DNA of 63,738 nt, the filler included, from Octopus bimaculoides (lineage: Eukaryota): NCBI RefSeq assembly GCF_001194135.2. It is 8 parts of 8 records of this genome, joined end to end, with 100 filler letters (N's around TTAATTAATTAA, not from the genome) between each part and the next. Parts side by side here need not be neighbours in the genome. Positions count along the whole stretch, not along the records: positions 1 to 18,228 come from NC_068995.1; 7 more parts are not named here. One strand, 5' to 3'. Below the pieces are notes generated by a model, which was not told the origin of the DNA, did not search any database, and saw nothing but the letters and a program-made list of their open reading frames with translations. Positions within the stretch are counted from its first letter, which is position 1. Each line of letters starts with the position of its first letter. Shown piece after piece: positions 1 through 13,187 of this stretch. The position numbers and the translations under genes were made by a program.

Positions 1-29
1 TGATAATAATAATAATAATAATAATAATG

Positions 30-103
<74 letters not shown>
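1..103. repeat. (TAA)n microsatellite, probably the (TTA)n tail of a minus-strand retroelement
   Basis: Near-pure TAA run. The adjacent minus-strand sequence ends ...CTCTTGTGGCCCAAAAAAGCAACC-ATTATT, resembling the SINE-B tail at 16736-16765. Confidence 0.9.
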
Positions 104-104
<1 letters not shown>

Positions 105-470
105 GTTGCTTTTTGGGCCACAAGAGCGCAACACGGTGGGGAATGTGCAAAGATGAAATAGGAAAACTACCGGTAAAAATAGAGGTGGGGGTGTTTTCAT
201 AGATTAAAACGGTGTGATGAGGAATAACAATAGACACTTTAATAAACTAATTAAGAAATGAATAAGAAATGACAATGGCTGAAAATAACACTTTAGGATA
301 TCCCAAATTGGTGGGCGAGGCCACCACTTAGGTTAATTCGGAGCACCCTTCATACAATGCCTGATAATTGTGATGAGCCGAAGGCAAATTTATTCTCACA
401 GGTTTTGTCGCTAGACTTCCCCTTCATAGTTAATGAAGGTTTATTTAGCAACACCAATCTTATTACGTTC
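104..470 (-). mobile_element. Probable 3' UTR remnant of a non-LTR retrotransposon
   Basis: T-rich minus-strand tract ending in a CTTGTGGC motif, an A-rich stretch and a (TTA)n tail, like other LINE/SINE 3' ends here. No coding signal. Confidence 0.35.
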
Positions 471-536
471 ACTCATCTTTCATAAATTTCACTGGAGAGC
501 AATACCTTTCTCTCATATATATATATATATATATAC

Positions 537-1690
537 ACCTTCTCACTAGAACACGCTTTCTCACTAGAACACGCTTTCTCACTAGAACACGCTTCCTCAC
601 TAGAACACGCTTCCTCACTAGAACACGCTTTCTCACTAGAACACGCTTTCTCACTAGAACACGCTTCCTCACTAGAACACGCTTTCTCACTAGAACACGC
701 TTTCTCACTAGAACACGCTTNNNNNNNNNNNNNNNNNNNNNNNNNNNNNNNNNNNNNNNNNNNNNNNNNNNNNNNNNNNNNNNNNNNNNNNNNNNNNNNN
801 NNNNNNNNNNNNNNNNNNNNNNNNNNNNNNNNNNNNNNNNNNNNNNNNNNNNNNNNNNNNNNNNNNNNNNNNNNNNNNNNNNNNNNNNNNNNNNNNNNNN
901 NNNNNNNNNNNNNNNNNNNNNNNNNNNNNNNNNNNNNNNNNNNNNNNNNNNNNNNNNNNNNNNNNNNNNNNNNNNNNNNNNNNNNNNNNNNNNNNNNNNN
1001 NNNNNNNNNNNNNNNNNNNNNNNNNNNNNNNNNNNNNNNNNNNNNNNNNNNNNNNNNNNNNNNNNNNNNNNNNNNNNNNNNNNNNNNNNNNNNNNNNNNN
1101 NNNNNNNNNNNNNNNNNNNNNNNNNNNNNNNNNNNNNNNNNNNNNNNNNNNNNNNNNNNNNNNNNNNNNNNNNNNNNNNNNNNNNNNNNNNNNNNNNNNN
1201 NNNNNNNNNNNNNNNNNNNNNNNNNNNNNNNNNNNNNNNNNNNNNNNNNNNNNNNNNNNNNNNNNNNNNNNNNNNNNNNNNNNNNNNNNNNNNNNNNNNN
1301 NNNNNNNNNNNNNNNNNNNNNNNNNNNNNNNNNNNNNNNNNNNNNNNNNNNNNNNNNNNNNNNNNNNNNNNNNNNNNNNNNNNNNNNNNNNNNNNNNATA
1401 AATTTCACTGGAGAGCAATACCTTTCTCTCATATATATATATATATATATACACCTTCTCACTAGAACACGCTTTCTCACTAGAACACGCTTTCTCACTA
1501 GAACACGCTTCCTCACTAGAACACGCTTCCTCACTAGAACACGCTTTCTCACTAGAACACGCTTTCTCACTAGAACACGCTTCCTCACTAGAACACGCTT
1601 TCTCACTAGAACACGCTTTCTCACTAGAACACGGTTTCTCACTAGAACACGCTTCCTCACTAGAACACGCTTTCTCACTAGAACACGCTT
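537..1690. repeat. 18-bp minisatellite TT(T/C)CTCACTAGAACACGC, seen on both sides of a gap
   Basis: About 10 units at 537-720 and about 13 at 1455-1690. It explains the RKRVLV and ACSSEK pseudo-ORFs. Confidence 0.95.
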
Positions 1691-3247
1691 CCGCATACAG
1701 TACCTCGCTCTCGCTTCAGTTTCCTCTTCAAGAGTCACTTCAACAATTTGGTGAGGATTTATCCTGCAAAATGCACTGCTCCCAAACTTCTCGATGATGC
1801 TTACCGTACAGTAACCTTTACTATAGCCACTCTCAAGAAACGAAGTAAAGATAATCGATTGGAAAAATAGGGGAAGATATAACAAATGAAAGGATCGGTT
1901 CATTTTGCAGGACTAGTACAGTGGGGAACACAATATGAGAAACATTAATTTTAAAAAGGCATGAACTTGAGGCTATAGTAGAAGACACTTTAAAATATAG
2001 AGTTGAATTTCTTGTAGCCACTTGTTGGTAACTTCTTTCCCCAGTTCATTTTATAGGGGGTATTACCCAATTTTCTGTGCTCTTTCCACAGCTATACCCC
2101 GTTCGAAATTTGCATTAGTTTTTGTATGAATTAAAAAGGAAGGGAAGGGAGGGGCTTGTTTGTAGTTTGTAGAGAAAATATCTAACGTGCCTAAAAAGGA
2201 AAACATGGTCTCTCATCCCAAACTACAAACGAAATATATACCGCTGATAGTTGTTGTTGACGAACAACGGCACTAATTTTATTCAAGGGAAAAGATCCCA
2301 TGACACCGTTGTTTACATTCCACGGCAGTAATTGTTTTCACCTCAATAGACGTCAGTGATTGGTTGAAATTACCGAAATACGACAATTTTTTTTACATGA
2401 AATAACTTCGAATACAAAATTTTTTATCTGTTCTATAACACAAAATATACAAGTATACGAAGTTTGAAAATGTTTCGGTACCAAAAACACTACATAAAAC
2501 ATTAATGAAAAGTGTTGCCCGTCAAATCAGAAAGATCCGATATTACAGCAGTAATATATTTTTTATATTGTTATGGCCAATCAGAATCTGACGATTTGTT
2601 TTAGCACCTATAAACGTCTTGTAGAGAGGTCATGTGCCTCCGGCCATTTGAATCCGACGAGTTGCCTATATACCTGAGCGCTTTATAGGTGCAAAACCAA
2701 TGGTCACTCTCTGACCAGCCATAACCAAGCGGCCTTACACACACACACACACACATACATATACATACATACATATATATATATATATGCATGTATGTAT
2801 GTATGCATGGATAGGTGGCCGGATGGATATAGAAACGCTAACATAAACAAAAAGATTTAACAAAGGAAAAAAAACATCTCACCTCCGAAAAGTTCCGCTT
2901 GAAACGTTACACTCGGCTTCATCTTTACAGCAACTAATATATTTCACTTTTGAACTGTTAATGCGTACTTCTTAGTGTATTGTTCCTGTCTGTTGGTGGT
3001 AGGTAGTGTTAATTTTAATATGGTAGTGGTGGTTGTGGTTTTGTTTTTGTTCTTTTTTTTGTTTTTTGCCTGTTGTATTATATTGTGTTTTACCTTGATG
3101 ACAATGCTTTCAACAACTGGGTAGTTTCTAAACAAAAGGAGAAAAGAAAATTTCAGCGAAACGCAAACACAAAAGAAGGAAATAGGGAGAAATGTAAATA
3201 GGACACATGAAATTTTCAAGACAATGTGTGTTTGTGTGTATGTATGA

Positions 3248-3278
<31 letters not shown>

Positions 3279-3376
3279 TATGTGTATATATATATATATA
3301 NNNNNNNNNNTAGTAAAACAACCTATGGTCATACATACATGCATACATACATACATACATACATACATAAAAGCAA

Positions 3377-3418
<42 letters not shown>

Positions 3419-3894
3419 TACACATACACATACATAAATGTATTTATGTATGTTATATATATTTGCAGTTATATAGAAGGTATAGGTGTGTTTTTTCATT
3501 ATACACACAAAACACACATGTATATATATATATATACACACACATATATATATAATTATATATATATATGTGTGTGTGTGTATGTGTGTGTGTAAATGTA
3601 TATGCATGTATCTATATATGTATATATGTATGTTAAGGAAACAATGAAAAAATGCATCAACAACGAAAAAAGTTCAACGTAGGGTCAATAACATATCACA
3701 TTCGTTTTCAAACGTGTTGACCCATCATTTCAATGTTTTGCCTTCACAAAGGTAAAAGAATAAAGGGAAAACAAACATATAATAACAAAAAACAAAAATA
3801 ACTCCCCAGATAAATATCACAATATACAAATGACGCCCTACAACTGTATATACATCCACACAGATACACACATCCACGTACACTGACATAGAAC

Positions 3895-3957
<63 letters not shown>

Positions 3958-4139
3958 NNNNNNNNNNNNNNNNNNNNNNNNNNNNNNNNNNNNNNNNNNN
4001 NNNNNNNNNNNNNNNNNNNNNNNNNNNNNNNNNNNNNNNNNNNNNNNNNNNNNNNNNNNNNNNNNNNNNNNNNNNNNNNNNNNNNNNNNNNNNNNNNNNN
4101 NNNNNNNNNNNNNNNNNNNNNNNNNNNNNNNNNNNNNNN

Positions 4140-4200
<61 letters not shown>

Positions 4201-4224
4201 CAAACATACAAGTACATATGTGTA

Positions 4225-4935
4225 TGGGTATACACAATGTGGTATCAAAAGGTTTCCAGATTAGGTATGTTTAAAAACTAAAATAACTTATTTACCAAAG
4301 TTTTACTATCATCTTTGAAATAGTCACCTTGCACAGCAATATATCGGTTCCAGTGTTCCTGGGAACCCGGCCTGGAAGTCGTTTGACTTAAGCAAGTCGA
4401 GGACCTTCTGTGATTCGCTTTTGATATCGATGACGGTGTTAAATCGGTGACATTTGAGCTGCATTTTCATCTTGTGGAAGAGATGGAAGTTCGCAGGTAC
4501 TAAATCTTTCGAATAGGAGCAGAAGCTTATTTTGTTTTTGGCGAGAAAGTCACGAGTGAGGAGAAGTTGGTGAAGAATTCAATTCTTCGCCCTCCAGAGA
4601 TCCGGACGCATTCGCCGAACGTCCTCCCTCGAACGCTTCAAAGCGTTGCAGTAGAACTCTCGGTTGAAGGTCGAGACCCGGGGGACAAATTCGCCATGCA
4701 CAATACCACATTTCCACTGTCGATGCTCATAGAAGGTCTTCCAGATCGCTCATCTTCTTCCAGGGACTTACTCCCGCTTATGAAGTGCCTGTATCACTCG
4801 AAATATTGTGTACGATCCATTGCCGCATTGGCGTAAGCGTGCCGAAGCATGCTCAATACCTTTGTAACAGACTTCTTAAGTTTAACGCAAAATTTCACGT
4901 TGGCTCTATGTTTCTATCCATGACAAAATCGCAGT
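4225..4935 (-). mobile_element. Internally deleted mariner transposon
   Basis: Minus-strand ATG at 4921. Frameshifted N-terminus MDRNIE..KFCVKLKKSVTKVLSMLRHAY..SLEEDERSGRPS and C-terminus WNRYIAVQGDYFKDD (about 4309-4350). The catalytic core is mostly missing. Confidence 0.85.
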
Positions 4936-5562
4936 TTGTTGATGATGTCAATGTTTCTACAGGTTTCTTACTCGAACTGGATTTGTTGATCTTATTAGCA
5001 CCTTTTGAAAACATTTTCCCCTTATTAAAAACAGTTTTTCTAGCAAACATTTAACTGTTTTATCAACTCACAATGTGTTATACCAGCCATTTTCAGTGTG
5101 GCAATTTGTCCATGTTTTGTGAGAACCGCTATATCTAATTAAACTAAACAATCAAAGAAAAGAATATTAGGAAGCATTATACAACATTTGCAGCTGTTTT
5201 TGCGAATAAGAATTTTTCAGTTCCTGTTTGAATAACGAATCAATTAATATCAAAAGTTTATTTTCTCAGAGTTCTTCCGTCACACATCTTGTGACCTCAT
5301 CAATGATTATCTGATTTTCGTGCTCTGCTATTTCTGTCAATTTCCATCGTCGATTCACCCAGAAGGAGTTGGGAAATGATGATGAGAGATTAATCTGTTT
5401 TTCTCTACATCTTCTTCCCTGTACAAACATGTATCCTTTCACACATACATAGATGCAAGCATGCACACACACTCACACACATACAAACAAACACACACAC
5501 ACACAAGCACACACACATGCATACACACATAATGTATATATATAGGCGTGGTTATGTGAATA

Positions 5563-5680
5563 GGTGCAGGCGTAGCTGCGTGGTAAGAATTTTGCTTCCC
5601 AACCACATGGTTCTGGGTTCAGTCCCGCTGTGTGGCACCTTGAACAAGTGGCTTCTACCATAGCCTCTGGCCAACCAATG
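5563..5680 (+). mobile_element. SINE-A tRNA-derived head
   Basis: A-box-like GCTGCGTGGTAAG, B-box-like GGGTTCAGTCCC, then GGCACCTTGAACAAGTG..CTATAGCCTC as in other copies in the window. Confidence 0.8.
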
Positions 5681-5704
5681 ACTTATTAGTGAAACCGGAA
5701 ATTA

Positions 5705-6215
5705 GCTGCCCAGCTAATGTTAACGTAAAGCTGAAGATCAGGGAAAAAGTGAATATCTAGACTGAAATATTGAGAAGTCTGCAGATACACTATCCAGATT
5801 ACAAGTTCAGATGTATACTTGTAAATATTGGGGCCCTGGGATAAGTAACACACTGCCTAAATACCAATCTTGAAAAATTAAGTTTCTCGAAACCCGAAAG
5901 GAGAAAGCTAATACGAAGATTACAGATCCAATCCATCACTGTAACTGTAAAAATCTGTAAAACTTCCCAGAAGTTTATCCTTTAAATATATATAACCATG
6001 TCTAGATATGCAACTATATGCATGAGAAGACATACGTAAAACAAAACGTACAAATCTGCACATATACATACATACATACATACATACATACATACCTACA
6101 TACAAAAATACTCTGTTGTTGATGTTGAAATTCCAATGAGGGAGCCTTGGATCTAGGTTGGAAAGCGACTATTTCTCTATTACGAAAAAATCTTGAAATG
6201 AAACTGAATAATGAC
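5705..6215 (+). mobile_element. 3' fragment of an REL-endonuclease (R4/R2-like) non-LTR element
   Basis: Reads EISCPANVNVKLKIREKVNI*TEILRSLQIHYPDYKFRCILVNIGALG*VTHCLNTNLEKLSF, i.e. the E-x-K..K-Y..IGALG pattern. It is followed by a 3' UTR containing (TACA)n. Confidence 0.8.
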
Positions 6216-7473
6216 GTAAATATGTAAATAGATATACATGCGCGCACGCGTGTATAAATACATGTATATGTATATGTGTGTCTGTACTCATGCACATGTG
6301 AGACGTCGGGCAGACGGGACAACAACGAGGTGTGAGTCGGAAGAATACGATCTGACAATCCTACAACTTTGTCATTTAATCTTGAAAGACTACTTCTTGA
6401 TATACGTATATATATATATATATATATNNNNNNNNNNNNNNNNNNNNNNNNNNNNNNNNNNNNNNNNNNNNNNNNNNNNNNNNNNNNNNNNNNNNNNNNN
6501 NNNNNNNNNNNNNNNNNNNNNNNNNNNNNNNNNNNNNNNNNNNNNNNNNNNNNNNNNNNNNNNNNNNNNNNNNNNNNNNNNNNNNNNNNNNNNNNNNNNN
6601 NNNNNNNNNNNNNNNNNNNNNNNNNNNNNNNNNNNNNNNNNNNNNNNNNNNNNNNNNNNNNNNNNNNNNNNNNNNNNNNNNNNNNNNNNNNNNNNNNNNN
6701 NNNNNNNNNNNNNNNNNNNNNNNNNNNNNNNNNNNNNNNNNNNNNNNNNNNNNNNNNNNNNNNNNNNNNNNNNNNNNNNNNNNNNNNNNNNNNNNNNNNN
6801 NNNNNNNNNNNNNNNNNNNNNNNNNNNNNNNNNNNNNNNNNNNNNNNNNNNNNNNNNNNNNNNNNNNNNNNNNNNNNNNNNNNNNNNNNNNNNNNNNNNN
6901 NNNNNNNNNNNNNNNNNNNNNNNNNNNNNNNNNNNNNNNNNNNNNNNNNNNNNNNNNNNNNNNNNNATATATATACATACATACATACATACGTATATAT
7001 ATATATATATATCCTGGAACCAAAGTAATCTATATATGTATACAGGTATTAATATAGTTCTATTGTTGTTACTAAATGGCCTTCTTAATCACATAAACTT
7101 GCTCTTTCGAACATATATACCAATTATGCCCTACAAAATATCCTCGCCTGTCCATAGCTTCTACAGATCCTTATAACATGTGTAGCGGCGTGCTTTTAGT
7201 AACTTCCGTTTGAAGTCAGATAGAAGTTCATTGCTCTGTTAGTAGTTTTCTGCGTAGTGGAACACGCAATTCGAATATTTTGTCCAGAAATTTTGAGATT
7301 TTTGTTCAGTTTTATGCGAGACGGTTTGTTCACCAACAAATTATGTGGATGACGTCAGCAATATTTCATTGTTGATGTTTGTGGTTATTTTTGGCTTCAA
7401 TCTTTCACGTTTCTCTTTTTATGTATGATTTTTATCTCTATAAATGTAGACGTGACTATATATACATAGATAC

Positions 7474-7590
7474 AGGCGTGGCAGTCTGGCGAGAAATTTG
7501 TTTTTCAATCATATGGTCCCCAGTTCAGTTCTGCAAAATAGCAAGTGTCTTCCACTATAGCCTAAGGCCGACCAAAGGCATGTGAATAGA
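7474..7590 (+). mobile_element. Degenerate SINE-A head
   Basis: CAAGTGTCTTCCACTATAGCCTAAGGCCGACCAAAG matches the family core. Confidence 0.65.
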
Positions 7591-7859
7591 CATGAAAGTC
7601 GGGGTGCGTTGCGTACCGTTATTTAATAAATTTTTAAAATGCATTGTAAATAAACAACGACAGTATATGTATGCGATTTTTTATCTGTTTTTTTTTTTTA
7701 TTTACAATGCATTCTCTTTTCATTTATGATGCATATTATATGTGTTTGTGTGTGTATGTGTATGTGTGCCTGTGTATGCATTTGTGTGTACTTGTTTGTG
7801 TGTGTGTGTTTGTCTATATTTGTATATATACTATTCCATTTATTAAAACATACAACACT

Positions 7860-8760
7860 GGAATAACCAATATTTTCCATGTTATACACTCAAGCCTACC
7901 GATACTCTTACAGAGCCCCAAAATGAGAAAACTGATAGACAAAAGCTACCTCCGAAAAAAAACTTACAAGAGCAACATTCACATCAGAGAATGAAAGAGA
8001 ATTCTTCATTAAGCAGATGTGGAATAGGCAACAACAACAATAACTGGAGATATAGAGACGGGAACACCCACAAAATTTAAGAATGGATTCATATTCAAAG
8101 TAAATGCAAATATGAACTGCAAAACGCAAATCCTCGTGTACTGCATTACTTGCCCCAAATGCAAGGAGAATTATATTGGCGAAACCAATAATTTCCTATC
8201 TATCTACGCGCCAACGTGCAAGAATCCACAGGCAGCACATCTGACAAGAGGAGATACGGAAAGTTCTACTAAGCAAACATTTGGAAATACGTGGAGAATG
8301 AAAATTCTAAATCTTCCCCTTCTACAAACGCTCAAGGAACGACCCAAACTTCCGAAAAACAATGGAGCTACACTTCATGAAGAAGTTCGCACCAGAATTA
8401 AACGCTTGGAAAAAGGAAACATTTGGAAAAATGTGAAAGAAAATTAGAAGTTCCGAAAGATAACGGAACTATACTTCACAAAAAAAGTCCTCAACAAAAA
8501 TTAACATAACTATGTATTTTTTTTGAAATTCCACCTCTGAGAATTCTATATGAATTTGATTTTATATATGTTAAAGATGATCTCGAACCATTGCTAAAAT
8601 TTTGTCCTTAATTCTTGCTTCGTGAGAAAGGTCAGTTCGTTTAAAGTGTCTCCCACGCCATCCTTTGTGCGAACTCACGCCAGTTTATCAAGCTCGGCTA
8701 AGAAATATTTGCACGAAACAACCTGCTGTAATATATTACTTAATAAATATAATGCACACT
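7860..8760 (+). mobile_element. Penelope-like element: GIY-YIG endonuclease remnant plus probable 3' UTR
   Basis: FKNGFIFKVNANMNCKTQILVYCITCPKCKENYIGET, then after a frameshift RIHRQHI..SKHLE..IFPFYK..MELHFMKKFAPELNA. An AATAAA-rich tract lies near 8740-8775. Confidence 0.85.
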
Positions 8761-8818
8761 AAATAAATAAATGAATATTTAACTAAACATTTTCATTAAC
8801 CCACTTGTATAAATATAC

Positions 8819-8851
<33 letters not shown>

Positions 8852-9671
8852 NNNNNNNNNNNNNNNNNNNNNNNNNNNNNNNNNNNNNNNNNNNNNNNNN
8901 NNNNNNNNNNNNNNNNNNNNNNNNNNNNNNNNNNNNNNNNNNNNNNNNNNNNNNNNNNNNNNNNNNNNNNNNNNNNNNNNNNNNNNNNNNNNNNNNNNNN
9001 NNNNNNNNNNNNNNNNNNNNNNNNNNNNNNNNNNNNNNNNNNNNNNNNNNNNNNNNNNNNNNNNNNNNNNNNNNNNNNNNNNNNNNNNNNNNNNNNNNNN
9101 NNNNNNNNNNNNNNNNNNNNNNNNNNNNNNNNNNNNNNNNNNNNNNNNNNNNNNNNNNNNNNNNNNNNNNNNNNNNNNNNNNNNNNNNNNNNNNNNNNNN
9201 NNNNNNNNNNNNNNNNNNNNNNNNNNNNNNNNNNNNNNNNNNNNNNNNNNNNNNNNNNNNNNNNNNNNNNNNNNNNNNNTATGCGCGTATTAAAGATTGG
9301 CATACATTTTACGTGCCTGCACATCCGGAATTTACGAACAGTAGTTCAAAAATACACACATATACACACATAAACACACTGAAATACGCACACGCATAAA
9401 CACACTTCAACGCGCACACAGACTTATAAAGCTCAACGGCTCTGCAGATGCAAGCTATTCTTTCTAAATCAATGACACAGAGAATATCTTACAAAAGAAC
9501 TGATCGCGAACACCGAAGCCTTATTATAATCCCTCTATTCAGAACATAAATTCACAGTTATAACTGGATTATAATACGTATGTTCCTGTTTGTGATGATA
9601 ATGTCGAAGTGCTGTGTGCTTCAGGCAAAGAAAATGACCGGCTTATATGCATTTAATAAATGCAATTTGCA

Positions 9672-9865
9672 AGGCGGGCAAGCTGGTTGAATCGTTAGAG
9701 GTATTTTGCCTGATTTTACGTTCTGAGTTCAAATTCCGCCAACGTCGACTTTGCCTTTCATCTTTTCGGGGTCGATAAAATAAATACCAACTGAACACTG
9801 GGGTCTATCTAATCGACTTACTCCCTCTTCTGGAATTGATGGCCTTGTGCCAAAATTTGAAACTA
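9672..9865 (+). mobile_element. SINE-B
   Basis: GAGTTCAAATTCCGCC B-box, core GTCGACTTTGCCTTTCATC..GGGGTCGATAAA, tail GGCCTTGTGCC. Confidence 0.85.
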
Positions 9866-10492
9866 ATAAATGCAATTTGTAATCGGAACTGTAAAATTAT
9901 TGTTTCTATGAGCGGTGCAATGCCTGAACTTAGAAGGTAATATTTTGTCGATAATATTGACTTACATGCTTGACCAGGACTTTGTTTTATGGTTCTTCAA
10001 ACGCATAAAGGCCTGGCCTGGCCTCCGTGCTATTTTAATTCATAACCTAAAAAGTAGGGCGAGGCATCACACAATATTTTGTCTGGAGCTTTAACGGTTC
10101 TCCGAATTTTCCGGGTGCAACTAACCCCGTCCTAAGATTCACCATTGTTGATAAAAGATTCAGCAACAAACCTATGATACTACCCAATTTGAACCACAGT
10201 AATAAGTAAGAGAAAAGAACTGCAACATAATTAAACTAGCGTATGAATACAAACCAAAGGTTACGATAAAGAATAAGAATTGCATCGTCTAATGCGTTTT
10301 CGTCAATGAAGACTGGCCATTTTTCTGCAGTAAGAAAACCAGATATAATTGCATAAGGCAAAAAAAAGTGGGGAGGAGATAAAAAACTGATAATGAAGTG
10401 GATACGACCAAAGAAATAGAAAGACAGGAAAATATCAGGATCTAGGCGGACATAAGAAGAGATTATGGACGTCTAAAATGACAATTATTCTT

Positions 10493-10710
10493 TTCTATTC
10501 TAGGCACAAGGCCCGAAATTTTGGGGAAGGGGGCTAATCGATTAGATCGACCCCCAGTACTCAAATGGTGCTTAATTTATCGATCCCGAAAGGATCAAAG
10601 GCAAAGTCGACCTCGGCGGAATTTGAACTCAGAACATAAAGACAGATGAAATACAGCTAAAGCATTTCGCCCGGCGTGCTAACGTTTCTGCCAGCTCGCC
10701 ACCTTTAAGT
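10493..10710 (-). mobile_element. Full-length young SINE-B with 14-bp TSD
   Basis: TGACAATTATTCTT at 10479-10492 and again at 10711-10724. Head, core and tail are intact. Confidence 0.92.
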
Positions 10711-10894
10711 TGACAATTATTCTTGTGGCAACTGGTGCGTTTGGTGTAATACCCAAACTGCTGCTTATGGGACTGAGGTATATTTATATTGAGATTCCCA
10801 TCGCCGCCTAGTAGGACTCAGTCGAACAAATCGACCAAAGTATCCAGTTTTTTAAAACCTGGTACTTAGTTTATCTTTTCTTTTATCGTCATGT

Positions 10895-10995
10895 ATATCA
10901 CAAGCTTCTTTCAGTTTCCGTCTACCAAATCCGCTCACAATGCTTTTGTTGGCCCGAGGCTATAGTGGAAGACACTTGCCCAATGTGCCACGTGG
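10895..10995 (-). mobile_element. SINE-A middle fragment
   Basis: CTTCTTTCAGTTTCCGTCTACCAAATCC..GAGGCTATAGTGGAAGACACTTGCCC. Confidence 0.85.
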
Positions 10996-11085
10996 TGTGT
11001 GTGTGTCTGTGTGTCTGTGTTTGTACGTGAGATAGATAGCAAAATAGAAAATAGATAAATAGATAGATAGATAGATAGAGAGAGC

Positions 11086-11176
<91 letters not shown>

Positions 11177-11904
11177 GGTGAGTTCGTGAGTATGTATGTG
11201 TGTGTGTGAACGTTCATAATATGTATGAACATGGAGAATGATTTTCGAATGTTATTTAATTAAGGTAATGAATACGTTTTCTTTTGTTAATTAGTATCCA
11301 TTTCATGATTTTGTATAAGCAGCAAAAACTTTGGGAAAAGATTTAATTATAATAACGCTATGTATGCCATGTTTCCTGATATTACCCATGGTGTCGAAAG
11401 TATAGTTCCAAAGCTTTTCGTCACAAGAATTCTCAGCCGGTTGATGTTTCCGTCCTAGTGGAAATAATTAAACAAATCTAAAGGGAATCTTTGGCGTCTT
11501 CCAGTAAATAAATAAATGATTAATTGAAAAGTAGAGCCAATGATTTCAAAAAATTAAGAATTAATTTCACAAAATTAATTAAATGATTCGAAAGAAATCT
11601 AATCTTTGCACATAAGGTGAGAAATATTTACGTAAGCATGTAGATTAATTTGTGAAATTAATCTCTTTTTAAAATGCTGTCCCTGTTTCTTTCAGAGTCA
11701 TCAACATTTGCCGCGAGGGTTTCGTATTCTATCGGCAATTAACTGAATAATTTTTAATTAACTGTGAACTTTCTGCACATGTCATTCAACATATCAATGT
11801 TTAAAATACGGAATTGTAGTTGCTTGGTAAATGACTATATCAGAGGCCATGTGTAGAAATGATTGCAAGGAAGTTTCAATTTAGTTATTGGAAAACACGT
11901 CGAA

Positions 11905-12250
11905 GCCTTTTAACTTTTACTTAATTTACCGACCCCGAAAGAATGAAAACAGACGAAATACCGCTAAACATGTCGCCTGCCGTGCCAACGTTTCTGCTAC
12001 CTCGCGCCACTTCTTCCAACAAAATATTACTCAGGCTTTGCAAAATATTCTTTTTTACCCTAAACAGAAGGCCCAAAATTTTTGGGGAGGGGGCCAATCG
12101 ATTAGATCGATTCCAGTGCGCAACTGGTACTTAATTTATCGACCCGGATAGGATGAAAGGTAAAGTCGACTTCGGCGGAACGTAACGGCAGACGAAATAC
12201 CGCTATGCATTTCGCCCGGCGCGCTAACGTTTCTGCCAGCTCGCCGCCCA
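11905..12250 (-). mobile_element. Two adjacent SINE-B copies (deleted copy 11905-12010, near-complete copy 12050-12250)
   Basis: Both carry GAAATACCGCTA and AACGTTTCTGC. CAAAATATT flanks the second copy as a probable TSD. Confidence 0.85.
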
Positions 12251-12764
12251 TTCAAACAAAATATTATGCAAAAAAAATTAAATATTTTGTATATTCATAG
12301 TTGAAGATGGTGTCATTTTTCACTGATAGCGCCATTGCAATTGTGCCATAGTGGTGATAGTGTAGTGGTGATAGTGTAGTGGTGATAGCGTAGGGGTATA
12401 GAGTAACAACGTTAGCGTGAAAGTGTGAGCCTAACAATGATTGAATTATGGTTGTCCTTGTTAGTGACCGAGCGGAACTGAGATTACTGGTATTGCAAGG
12501 GTGATCATCTTCTCTTTTATGTGAGGATAGTTTATCTTAGATTACATTATCGTGGCATTTTTAAGGCTGTGCAACGGGATTTAAGGGGAATTGACTACCT
12601 TTTCAGAATACTCGGCATTCATGAAGAGATTTCTCTGTTGACTTTAGTGGTAAAGCGATGTAGTTATGGTACAGGGGGGATTGAGTGAAAGCTTGAACAG
12701 TCTTCGGTAACACCATAACAGTAATAATAAAATCAACAATTAAAAACACACAACAACAACAATA

Positions 12765-12995
12765 ATAATCCTTTCTACTAAACGCACAAGGTTGTACTTA
12801 TTTCATCGACTCGAAAGAATTAAAGGCAAAGTCGATCACGCCGGAATTTGAACTCAGAACATAAGGACTGACGAAATGCCGCGAAATATTTTGCCCGGTG
12901 TGCTAACGATTCGGCCAGCAAAAGTGACCGATAGAATAAATAAAGACGGGGCTCCATCATGGCCGCAGTCACATGGCTGAAATAAGTCAAAGAAT
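12765..12995. mobile_element. SINE-B (minus, 12765-12920) abutting a SINE-A 3' tail (plus, 12920-12995)
   Basis: AAGGCAAAGTCGA..GGAATTTGAACTCAGAAC, then CATCATGGCCGCAGTCACATGGCTGAAA. Confidence 0.75.
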
Positions 12996-13001
12996 ATATA
13001 T

Positions 13002-13060
<59 letters not shown>

Positions 13061-13124
13061 CATATATAAATATATACACACGCTCACGCACATACATGCA
13101 TACATGTATGCATATACTTGCAGG

Positions 13125-13187
<63 letters not shown>

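Noticed and set aside
482-1690. Apparent duplication of flank plus minisatellite across the 721-1398 gap; CRISPR-like regularity
   Set aside because: The flank and the order of T/C unit variants are the same on both sides apart from one base, so this is most likely one locus assembled twice. The units are contiguous with no spacers, so it is not CRISPR.
473-1903. 476-aa ORF and all other long X-containing ORFs in the track
   Set aside because: They read through N-runs and dinucleotide repeats and are not evidence of genes.
5563-5640. tRNA-like A and B boxes here and at 29650-29715
   Set aside because: No complete cloverleaf, and they continue into SINE bodies. These are SINE heads, not tRNA genes.
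7030-7370. Possible second Penelope fragment on the minus strand
   Set aside because: Only a vague SYGQAR resemblance to GIY-YIG motifs, with many stops. Not supportable.
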